From NCBI GenBank assembly GCA_040905925.1, contig JBBDQO010000019.1, forward strand, positions 1-55,538: 55,538 nt of DNA, in the 5' to 3' direction. Both the position numbers and the translations under genes were made by a program. Position 1 is the stretch's first letter. Each line of letters opens with the position of its first letter. The notes under the pieces were generated by a model. That model was not told the origin of the DNA and ran no database searches. It worked only from the letters and a program-made list of their open reading frames with translations. Shown piece by piece: positions 32,685 through 40,782 of the stretch. This DNA is from Acidimicrobiia bacterium (GTDB lineage Bacteria > Actinomycetota > Acidimicrobiia > Spongiisociales > ZC4RG35).

Positions 32685-32832
32685 CCTCGTCCTCGTCCTC
32701 GTCCTCGTCCTTCCTCGGCGTCGTCTTGGTCACCCGGTACAAGTCGAGGCGGAATCGACCCTCGTCATACTCGGGGTCCTGCTTCTCTTTGATGTCCTCG
32801 GGAGGTTCGCGGGGTAGCTTGTTATCGCTCAT
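32656..32832 (-). CDS. Small acidic IS cargo protein (58 aa), absent from the ORF track
   Basis: Manual translation MSDNKLPREPPEDIKEKQDPEYDEGRFRLDLYRVTKTTPRKDEDEDEDEVTPPPSEHD; AGGA upstream; overlaps transposase 3' end convergently. Confidence 0.55.
   Translation of the reverse strand: MSDNKLPREPPEDIKEKQDPEYDEGRFRLDLYRVTKTTPRKDEDEDEDEVTPPPSEHD
32685..32708. repeat. (CCTCGT)x4 microsatellite
   Basis: Encodes the DEDEDEDE tract of the small minus-strand ORF. Confidence 0.8.
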
Positions 32833-32877
32833 GCGGTCCTATCGAAACGACGATGAGTAACATGTTCTCGTAGGTTG

Positions 32878-32963
32878 CGGAGGAAGGCGGAATTGAACCG
32901 CACACCCACATGGGGTGCCCGTACTTTCTAAGGGCCGGACCACTCCTCGTGGCTTCTTCCTCC
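32878..32963 (-). tRNA. Non-canonical tRNA-like gene with 8/4 fold and long variable arm (allo-tRNA-like); anticodon ambiguous (TAG or AGA)
   Basis: GGAGGAAG AA GCCAC GAGGA GTGGT CCGGCCCTTAGAAAGTACGG GCACCC CATGT GGGTGT GCGG TTCAATT CCGC CTTCCTCC G: 8-bp acceptor stem, 4-bp T stem with TTCAATT loop, 5-bp D stem, 6-bp V arm, G73; anticodon stem imperfect; CCA not encoded. Confidence 0.75.
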
Positions 32964-32974
32964 GACACACGGAG

Positions 32975-33005
32975 ACAGGGAAGGGTCAATACGACCCTTC
33001 CCTGT
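32975..33005. other. Perfect 13-bp inverted repeat (hairpin) between the cargo ORF and the tRNA-like gene
   Basis: ACAGGGAAGGGTC-AATAC-GACCCTTCCCTGT; overlaps the stop codon of the 32986-33498 ORF. Confidence 0.8.
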
Positions 33006-33498
33006 TCCTTTCTCCAACCGGCGTGTTCTCTCCTTTCAGTGGGGTTGCGCCGGTGGAGTGATCTCTGACGGGGCGGAAACGGCCCCGTCCAACCTTCTTG
33101 ACTATCCCCTCTCGTTCGAGGGCTGCCATCGCGGTACGCATTGCGTCCCTCGGATTTTGAGCATCGATGATGATGCCTTCCATTCTGAAGTGAGCTTCGA
33201 GAGCGTCGTAGGCCCATGTCCGCATCGGGCCATTCAGCATGAGGTCGCGGCAAGCCTCTTTCGGGCCGCGACGATGGATGTCCGTCACAGTGAGGCTGAC
33301 GGTGCCTGTTGGGAATCGGGCGGACCCGTTGTTTCCGGCCAGAACATCGCTCAGAGATGGTGGTTCCTGCCCGGTCAACGCCTTATACGCCGCATCCAAC
33401 CGGACCAGTTCCTGACCCTCAGGACCCGAGAACAACGCTTCGATGATGTCTAGCCGAGCCTGTAAAACCGATTTGGCGATCTGCGTTGAATCAGTCAT
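32986..33498 (-). CDS. IS cargo protein, predicted N-terminal helical segment plus C-terminal winged helix-turn-helix
   Basis: 170 aa from ATG 33498 (extended -10 TGTTATCCT 8 nt upstream); C-terminal RDAMRTAMAALEREGIVKKVGRGRFR resembles a wHTH recognition helix and wing. Confidence 0.65.
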   Translation of the reverse strand: MTDSTQIAKSVLQARLDIIEALFSGPEGQELVRLDAAYKALTGQEPPSLSDVLAGNNGSARFPTGTVSLTVTDIHRRGPKEACRDLMLNGPMRTWAYDALEAHFRMEGIIIDAQNPRDAMRTAMAALEREGIVKKVGRGRFRPVRDHSTGATPLKGENTPVGERNREGSY

Positions 33499-33602
33499 AG
33501 AAGGGGAGGATAACAGGTTCCACACCGGATGAACGGGTTTCCGCGCGTCCAACCGGTGATCGCGTTCCGCAGCGCTCCGGATCACGACTGCGACCTACGA
33601 CC

Positions 33603-33629
33603 CGTACGTGTTGTGACTACATACTTACC
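33603..33629 (-). repeat. Right terminal inverted repeat of the IS
   Basis: Reverse complement GGTAAGTATGTAGTCACAACACGTACG. Confidence 0.93.
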
Positions 33630-33682
33630 GACAGAAACAAGAGGGTTGTGACCGGAAATCAAAGAAACTACCGGGTAGCTAC

Positions 33683-33865
33683 AAGCCCCCCTCCCCGGCT
33701 TCGCCGGTACTCCCCCCAACGCTCACTTCGTTCACTGGGGGGAGAAATGCTCGCTTCGCTTCTGGGGGGAGAAACAAGGGAGAACCGTTATCGCGCAACG
33801 GGAAGCCCCCCTCCCCGGCTTCGCCGGTACTCCCCCCAACGTCGCTTCGCTCCTGGGGGGAGAAA
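33683..33865. repeat. REP-like palindromic repeat cluster (two full copies 120 bp apart plus a partial copy)
   Basis: 39-bp identical AAGCCCCCCTCCCCGGCTTCGCCGGTACTCCCCCCAACG at 33683 and 33803, each followed by ...CTTCG...CTGGGGGGAGAAA; a third CTGGGGGGAGAAA at about 33762. Confidence 0.85.
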
Positions 33866-33871
33866 TGGGCG

Positions 33872-34621
33872 TCAGACCTCTTCGAGGACCTTCTCCATCA
33901 CCTCGTCGTCGATGTCGTAATTGGAGAAGACCGCCTGAACGTCGTCGAGCTCGTCGAGGGCGTCGATCAACCGCAGCAGTTTCCTGGCATCACCTTCCGC
34001 CACCGGGACCGTAGTGGAAGGGAGTTGAGTGATATCGGCGGCCTCGAGCTCCAGCCCGGCGGCCTCCAGTGCAGTTCGCACCTTGTGTAGGTCTCCCGGG
34101 GCGGTGACCACCTCGAACCACTGATCACCCACGTCGCGGACATCTTCGGCTCCGGCCTCGAGCGCGGCCAGCAGCACCTCATCCTCCGACCCCTTGGCCT
34201 CGATCAGGCCCTTCTGGCTGAAGAGGTATCCCACCGAGCCCGGCTCGCCCAGGTTCCCACCGCTACGGGTGAAGGTGGATCGCACGTCGGAGGCGGCCCG
34301 ATTCCGATTGTCGGTGAGGATCTGGACGTAGAGGGCCACCCCACCGGGCCCGTATCCCTCGTACCAGATCTCCTCGTAGTGGGCGCCTTCCGCCTCGCCC
34401 GTGCCCCGCTTGACCGCCCGCTCGATGTTGTCGTTGGGCATCGAGGCGGCTTTGGCCTTGTAGATGGCGGTGGCCAGGGTCGGATTGAACTCCGGGTGGC
34501 CACCGCCTTCACGGGCCGCGATCTCGATGGCCTTGGCCAGCTTCCCGAACAGCTTTCCCCGGGCCGCGTCCTGGCGGCCTTTGCGATGCTTGATATTGGC
34601 CCATTTGGAGTGTCCGGACAT
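33872..34621 (-). CDS. yebC: YebC/PmpR family protein
   Basis: [38 protein letters not shown]. Confidence 0.96.
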   Translation of the reverse strand: MSGHSKWANIKHRKGRQDAARGKLFGKLAKAIEIAAREGGGHPEFNPTLATAIYKAKAASMPNDNIERAVKRGTGEAEGAHYEEIWYEGYGPGGVALYVQILTDNRNRAASDVRSTFTRSGGNLGEPGSVGYLFSQKGLIEAKGSEDEVLLAALEAGAEDVRDVGDQWFEVVTAPGDLHKVRTALEAAGLELEAADITQLPSTTVPVAEGDARKLLRLIDALDELDDVQAVFSNYDIDDEVMEKVLEEV

Positions 34622-34627
34622 ACGACC

Positions 34628-35191
34628 TCAGATCAGATCCAACAACATCTGGTGGATGCGCCCGTCACCGGTGAGCTCTGGGTGAAACGAGGTTGCCAGG
34701 AGACGATCCTGACGCACCATCACCGGGTGCTCACCGATCGACGCCAGGACCTCGACCTCGGAACCGACCTTCTCCACCCAGGGCGCTCTGATGAACACGG
34801 CCGGGAACGGTGAGTCCATGCCCACCACATCGAGATCCGCTTCGAACGACTCGTTCTGCCGGCCGAACGCGTTGCGTCTCACCACAACGTCGAGAACTCC
34901 GAGGAGCGGCTGGTCGCCCTCGGTGATCGAGCCGGAGAGCAGGATCATCCCGGCACAGGTTCCGTAAACCGGCAAGCCATCTCCGATCGCCGAACGCAGG
35001 GGGTCGAGGAGACCGAACCGCACCGCCATCTTGCCGATGGTGGTCGATTCGCCACCAGGGATCACCAAAGCGTCGACCGACTCCAACCGGTCCGGTTTCT
35101 TCACTGGCACCGGGGTCACCCCGAGCGACTCGAGAATCGCAAGGTGCTCCCGCACGTCCCCCTGTAGGGCGAGGACGCCAACCGTGGTCAT
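34628..35191 (-). CDS. pdxT: PLP synthase glutaminase subunit
   Basis: GVLALQG, PGGESTT, GTCAG, FIRAP, SFHPEL. Confidence 0.96.
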   Translation of the reverse strand: MTTVGVLALQGDVREHLAILESLGVTPVPVKKPDRLESVDALVIPGGESTTIGKMAVRFGLLDPLRSAIGDGLPVYGTCAGMILLSGSITEGDQPLLGVLDVVVRRNAFGRQNESFEADLDVVGMDSPFPAVFIRAPWVEKVGSEVEVLASIGEHPVMVRQDRLLATSFHPELTGDGRIHQMLLDLI

Positions 35192-35192
35192 C

Positions 35193-36074
<882 letters not shown>

Positions 36075-36115
36075 GATCAAAACTCCTTTTCTGATCCAAA
36101 TGGTACAGCCTCGGC

Positions 36116-37174
36116 TCAGGTTCCAATCGAGAGAGCTCGCCGGTAGCAGTCGCGATATGCGCCGAGAACCTTCGACCAATCGAAGCGCTTCACCGCCTCC
36201 CGAGCCGCTTCCCCGAGACGATCGGCTTCCGCATCATCGGCGACCAGAGCGCTCACCGCATCGGCCAACGCGGGCACGTCCCCCACCGGCACCAATATGC
36301 CGTCCTCGCCGAGCACCACGCGAAACGCGGAGAGATCGCTGGCGACCACGGCGCACCCGGCGGCCATCGCCTCGGCTAAGACGATGCCGAAGCTCTCCCC
36401 GCCGGTGTTGGGTGCGACAAACACCGCGCTCGAGGCCAGAACCTGCCGCTTTTCGGCATCGCTGACCCGACCGAGGAACCGAACCCTGCGTGGCGGGTCG
36501 CTCCGCTCGGCTCCCATCACGACCAGTTCGGCGTGGGCATAGCGCTCTCTGATCCGGGGCCACGCCTCGAGCAACAGATCGAGGCCCTTTCGCGGCTCGT
36601 CGCGTCCCAGGAAGGCGACCCTCCCGGCGACCCGGCCCACCGGGAGGTCATAGGAGGCCACATCGATCGCATTCGGAACAATGACCGGTTCGCCCCACGT
36701 TCGAGGAAGAGCCCGAGCCGCCGGCTCACTCACAGCAGTCAGGACCGCCTTGCGCATCCGAGAGCCGATGAACGGCGCCCATCGGTACGCCGGGCCCACC
36801 CAACCCGGCGGATCGGCGTGAAAGGTGGCAACCATCGGTTTGGATACTGTCAGGGCGAACCAGCCGGTCAGCGGAACGGCTGGCTCGTGGACATGGATCA
36901 CATCGACTCCGGCTAATGCCCGCCGGGTGCGAGCCCAGCTCAAAGGGCTGAGAGTGATGGGCACGATCGAGTCGTTGCCTCTCCAGAATGTGGGGCGGCC
37001 CACTGGCACCGTGGTGACACCGCGACCCGGGCCTGAGGTGTGAATTGTCCTCCCGGGGCTGACCAAAACCACTTCTTCCCCCTGGTCGCGGAGCTTCGCT
37101 GCCAGCTCGGTGGTCAGCTGTTGCACGCCGCCGGGCACCGACAGGTCGTAGGGGGAGACGAGGCCGATCTTCAC
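36116..37174 (-). CDS. pimA: GT4 glycosyltransferase, PimA-like phosphatidylinositol mannosyltransferase
   Basis: [40 protein letters not shown]; in pgsA-patA-pimA operon. Confidence 0.85.
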   Translation of the reverse strand: MKIGLVSPYDLSVPGGVQQLTTELAAKLRDQGEEVVLVSPGRTIHTSGPGRGVTTVPVGRPTFWRGNDSIVPITLSPLSWARTRRALAGVDVIHVHEPAVPLTGWFALTVSKPMVATFHADPPGWVGPAYRWAPFIGSRMRKAVLTAVSEPAARALPRTWGEPVIVPNAIDVASYDLPVGRVAGRVAFLGRDEPRKGLDLLLEAWPRIRERYAHAELVVMGAERSDPPRRVRFLGRVSDAEKRQVLASSAVFVAPNTGGESFGIVLAEAMAAGCAVVASDLSAFRVVLGEDGILVPVGDVPALADAVSALVADDAEADRLGEAAREAVKRFDWSKVLGAYRDCYRRALSIGT

Positions 37175-37181
37175 CGATGGC

Positions 37182-38057
37182 TCACTGCCGGTCCGACGGC
37201 CAGTTGGGAACCACCAGATGCCATTGCTGCGGGGCCTCTGATATCAGCTTCTCCATTCGATGGGCAAGCTCCTGGGTCATGGCCCTCACTTTCTCGGAGC
37301 GGGTGCCTTCTTTGGGGACCGGGATCGCGGACGTGATGACCACCCGATGGCCCCTGTCCTCGAAGTAGGTGGCGACCGGGAACAGCGGAGCCCCGGTCCG
37401 AAGGGCCAAAGTGGCCGGCCCCGGAGGGAGTGTGGTCTTCTCGCCAAAGAACTCGACCTCAACCCCCCGCCCCTTGAGATCACGGTCCGAGAGCAGGGCT
37501 ACCGCCTTGTTCTGCCCCAACGCCGTCTCCAGCTGTCGCATCACCTCGCCGCTCCCGGTGGCCAGGATGATCTCGATGCCAAAGCCGGACCTCATCGCAG
37601 TGAACCAATCGGTTATCCGTTGATTGGCGAGCTGCTCGGCCACGGCGACGATGGGTATCCCTTCGAGGACCGCCACCGGGGCCGCCGCCTCCCAATTCCC
37701 GAGGTGCGGCAGGGCAAAGACCATCCCCGTTCCCGCGTCCCGGGCAGCGATCGCCAGATCGAGGCCCTCCACGTGGGTGTGGCGTCGCATGTCGGCTACT
37801 CGTCGGGGTCGGGCCCACAATGCCTCTGTCCAGTATCTCCCGTAGGAGACCATGACCGCCTCCGCTGCCGAGCCTACGTCGGCCCCGTCTCCAAGCACAC
37901 GCCGCATGTGCCTCTGCGCCATCAGACGGCGCCCTCCAGCCGCGAGATGCCAGCACCACCCGAAGACCCTCCCCAGCGCCCGGGCCCCGCCGGCCGGGAG
38001 CAGGCCAACGAGACCGACACCGGCTCGAAGAGCCAGATACCCGAGATAGTCCTTCAC
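37182..38057 (-). CDS. Phosphatidylinositol mannoside acyltransferase (PatA/LpxL-like)
   Basis: HLGNWE, LLSDRD, VEFFG, PQQWH; GTG overlaps pgsA stop. Confidence 0.85.
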   Translation of the reverse strand: MKDYLGYLALRAGVGLVGLLPAGGARALGRVFGWCWHLAAGGRRLMAQRHMRRVLGDGADVGSAAEAVMVSYGRYWTEALWARPRRVADMRRHTHVEGLDLAIAARDAGTGMVFALPHLGNWEAAAPVAVLEGIPIVAVAEQLANQRITDWFTAMRSGFGIEIILATGSGEVMRQLETALGQNKAVALLSDRDLKGRGVEVEFFGEKTTLPPGPATLALRTGAPLFPVATYFEDRGHRVVITSAIPVPKEGTRSEKVRAMTQELAHRMEKLISEAPQQWHLVVPNWPSDRQ

Positions 38058-38623
38058 TCGAAGGAACGGTAGGTGTGGATGAAGCGGACGAGGGCGGTGA
38101 GCCAGACGAGCACCACGAACACCCAAAGCATGGGCTCGACAACACCGAGTATCAGCCCGAGGCTGAACAAGAGCACACGCTCGGCCCGGCCCATGAGGCC
38201 GCCTCGCCCGTCGAAGCCCTCGGCTTCGGCGCGGGCCCGCATGTAGGGCACCAACATCGCGCCTCCGATCGCGAGCACTATCAGCAGGAGCTCGCGGGGC
38301 TGTCCGGCTCGAAGGAAGCCGAGCCCGGCGAAGGCTGCAATCTCGCCCACCCGGTCGAAGGCCGAGTCGAGGAAGGCGCCCCGCGCCGAGACCAGGCCCG
38401 AGGCCCGGGCCACCGATCCGTCGAGCCCGTCGAGGAGAGCCCCACCGAGCACGACCGCGGCACCAGACCGGGGCAGCCCGGTGGCGATCATCACCGATCC
38501 GACGATTACCACCGCCAGCCCGGAAAAGGTCATGACGGTCGGGGTAACACCGATCGAGGCGAGAGCCTTGCCGATTGGCTCCAGAAACCGGGTTGCGCGA
38601 GGTCGAACCCGCATGTCGATCAC
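38054..38623 (-). CDS. pgsA: CDP-alcohol phosphatidyltransferase (phosphatidylinositol phosphate synthase)
   Basis: DGLDGSVAR...GAFLDSAFDR motif, YMRARAE, RAER. Confidence 0.88.
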   Translation of the reverse strand: MIDMRVRPRATRFLEPIGKALASIGVTPTVMTFSGLAVVIVGSVMIATGLPRSGAAVVLGGALLDGLDGSVARASGLVSARGAFLDSAFDRVGEIAAFAGLGFLRAGQPRELLLIVLAIGGAMLVPYMRARAEAEGFDGRGGLMGRAERVLLFSLGLILGVVEPMLWVFVVLVWLTALVRFIHTYRSFE

Positions 38624-38706
38624 GACCCAGCAAAGTAGCAGGCACCCGGGAAACCTGCCCCGCTCCAGGGTTAGGATCGTCGCCTCACCCTTGAAGAGGA
38701 GGTCCT

Positions 38707-40758
38707 GTGATTCCTGAGAAGGTGCGCAACGTGGCGCTGGTCGGTCATGGTGGGAGCGGGAAGACAACCCTGGCCGAGACACTCCTCTACGTCGCCGGGG
38801 CGACCAGCCGCCGCGGATCCGTCGAACAGGGAACCACCATTCTCGACCACGAGCCCGAGGAGATCGAACGTGGCATCTCCCTTGGGTTGGCGGTGGCGAG
38901 CCTGGAATGGCAGGGGCACACCATCAACTTGATCGACACCCCGGGATCAGGTGATTTCTCCGGTGACGCCCGCGCCGCGCTCAAGGCAGCCGACCTCGCC
39001 CTATTCGTCGTCTCGGGGGTGGATGGGATCGAGGTTCAAACCGAGCAATTGTGGAAGGTCGCTGCCGAAGAAGGGATCGCTCGTGCGGTCGTGATCACCA
39101 AACTCGACCGCGACCGCTCCTCGTTTGAACGCACGCTGGACCAGTTGCGTGAGTCCTTCGGCAAGGCAATCGCCCCGATCCAGGTGCCGATCGGCGCCGA
39201 AGACGGCCTGACCGGCGTGGTCCGCGTCGCCACCGAGCGGGCCTACGAGTACTCGGGAGAGGCCAAAACCGGATCCGAGATCGCTCTCCCGGCCGACGTC
39301 GAGAACCTGGTCCATTCGGCGCACACCGCTCTCGTGGAAACCGTTGTCGAGACAGACGACGACATGTTGGAGGCCTACCTCGAGGGCACCGAGCCCTCAC
39401 GCGAGGAGATCGTCGAGACCATCCACCACGGCATCCTCGACGGGACGATCCACCCGGTCCTGATCACCTCCGCCGAGAGGATGATCGGCATCGACCTGGT
39501 CGCCGAGTTCATCGTGGATTATGCCCCACATCCCCTGGAGCGGCCCATCCCCCGCCTCTCTGCGGGCGACACGTTCGCACCGGCCACCGACGGACCGGTG
39601 CTCGCCTATGTCTTCAAGACCGTATCCGACCCGTTCGTGGGCCGAATCTCGATGTTTCGCATCTATTCGGGGACCGTGAAGGCTGACCAAGAGCTGGAGC
39701 TGGCCCGGGGAGGAAGGGTCCGTCTCCACAATCTCTTCAGGCTTCAGGGCAAGGACCACCACGATGTCGCCGATTTGCCCGCCGGAGGCATAGGCGCCGT
39801 TGCCAAACTGGACAATGTCAGAGTCGGCGACACGATGCGCTCCCCCGGGCTGAACGCTGTCATCGACCCTGTCGTCTATCCGAGACCGGTGGCCGAATTC
39901 GCGATCACACCGGTGTCCCACCACGACGAGGAGAAGCTCTCGACGGCCCTGCACCGCATCGAGGAAGAGGACCCCACGGTGCGGATCGAGAGAAGGCCCG
40001 ACACCGGGGAGACCATCATCGCCGGGCTCGGTGACAGCCATCTCGACGTGACTTTGGCCCGGATCCAACGGAAGTTCGGCGTCGAGGTGGTATCGGCATT
40101 GCCGGTGATCCCGTATCGCGAGACGATCACCACCTCCGGGCAGGCGGAGGGAAAGCACAAGAAACAGAGCGGTGGACGCGGGCAATTCGGCGTCGCCTTC
40201 GTCAAATTCGCCCCGCTCCCCCGCGGCGCCGGCTACCAGTACATCGACTCGATCAAGGGAGGTTCGATACCTCGCCAGTTCATCCCGGCGGTCGACAAGG
40301 GGATTCAGGAGTCGCTGAGGCGGGGAATCCTCGCCGGATTCCCCGTCATCGACGTATCGGCCGAGGTGTTCGACGGCAAGTACCACACCGTCGACTCCGA
40401 CGAGATGTCGTTCCGGATGGCGGGTATCCAGGCGGTCAAGGCGGCGGCCGCGAGTCTCCGCCCGATCCTGCTCGAGCCGATCATGAAAGTCACTATCAGT
40501 GTCCCCGAGGACTACCTGGGAGACGTGATGGGCGACATCAACTCCAAACGTGGCCGGGTTTTGGGGATGGAGGGTGAGGGGAACCTCAGGGCGGTGGTCG
40601 CGCAGGTCCCGATGGCCGAGATCCAGCAATACGCCGCTGAGCTGCGATCATTGACCTCAGGCCGGGGCAGTTTCGAGATGGAGTTCGATCATTACGCAGA
40701 AGTGCCCCAGAATGAGGCACAGAATGTGATAGCTGCGGCACGGCCATCGGACGTTTGA
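38707..40758 (+). CDS. fusA2: Elongation factor G-like protein (EF-G2)
   Basis: GHGGSGKTT, DTPG, KKQSGGRGQFG, YHTVDSDEMSF, LRSLTSGRGSF; not in the str operon. Confidence 0.9.
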   Translation: MIPEKVRNVALVGHGGSGKTTLAETLLYVAGATSRRGSVEQGTTILDHEPEEIERGISLGLAVASLEWQGHTINLIDTPGSGDFSGDARAALKAADLALFVVSGVDGIEVQTEQLWKVAAEEGIARAVVITKLDRDRSSFERTLDQLRESFGKAIAPIQVPIGAEDGLTGVVRVATERAYEYSGEAKTGSEIALPADVENLVHSAHTALVETVVETDDDMLEAYLEGTEPSREEIVETIHHGILDGTIHPVLITSAERMIGIDLVAEFIVDYAPHPLERPIPRLSAGDTFAPATDGPVLAYVFKTVSDPFVGRISMFRIYSGTVKADQELELARGGRVRLHNLFRLQGKDHHDVADLPAGGIGAVAKLDNVRVGDTMRSPGLNAVIDPVVYPRPVAEFAITPVSHHDEEKLSTALHRIEEEDPTVRIERRPDTGETIIAGLGDSHLDVTLARIQRKFGVEVVSALPVIPYRETITTSGQAEGKHKKQSGGRGQFGVAFVKFAPLPRGAGYQYIDSIKGGSIPRQFIPAVDKGIQESLRRGILAGFPVIDVSAEVFDGKYHTVDSDEMSFRMAGIQAVKAAAASLRPILLEPIMKVTISVPEDYLGDVMGDINSKRGRVLGMEGEGNLRAVVAQVPMAEIQQYAAELRSLTSGRGSFEMEFDHYAEVPQNEAQNVIAAARPSDV

Positions 40759-40782
40759 TCGAGCCCAGGAAGGACATTGACA

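Larger units (their letters stand above)
31727..33629 (+). mobile_element. Complete IS1595-family insertion sequence with passenger cargo (1903 bp)
   Basis: 27-bp TIRs (25/27 identical) at 31727-31753 and 33603-33629, flanked by perfect 8-bp direct repeats GACAGAAA (31719-31726, 33630-33637); IS1595-type transposase inside. Confidence 0.95.

Noticed and set aside
32878-32963. tRNA-Sec (selC), or an integration-site remnant of a host tRNA
   Set aside because: No TCA anticodon, and 8/4 rather than the bacterial 8/5 fold; it is full length, lies inside a DDE IS with its own TSD, and there is no integrase
32822-33253. 143-aa minus-strand and 131-aa plus-strand (33058-33453) ORFs in the IS cargo
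   Set aside because: Overlap the better-supported 170-aa ORF and the tRNA-like gene; unnatural composition
33683-33865. Possible CRISPR array
   Set aside because: Only two repeats, the intervening sequence is itself repetitive, and no cas genes are present; better explained as REP-like
33648-33920. 90-aa ORF with internal repeat
   Set aside because: Translation of the REP-like repeats
39397-40629. 410-aa minus-strand ORF
   Set aside because: Antisense to fusA2
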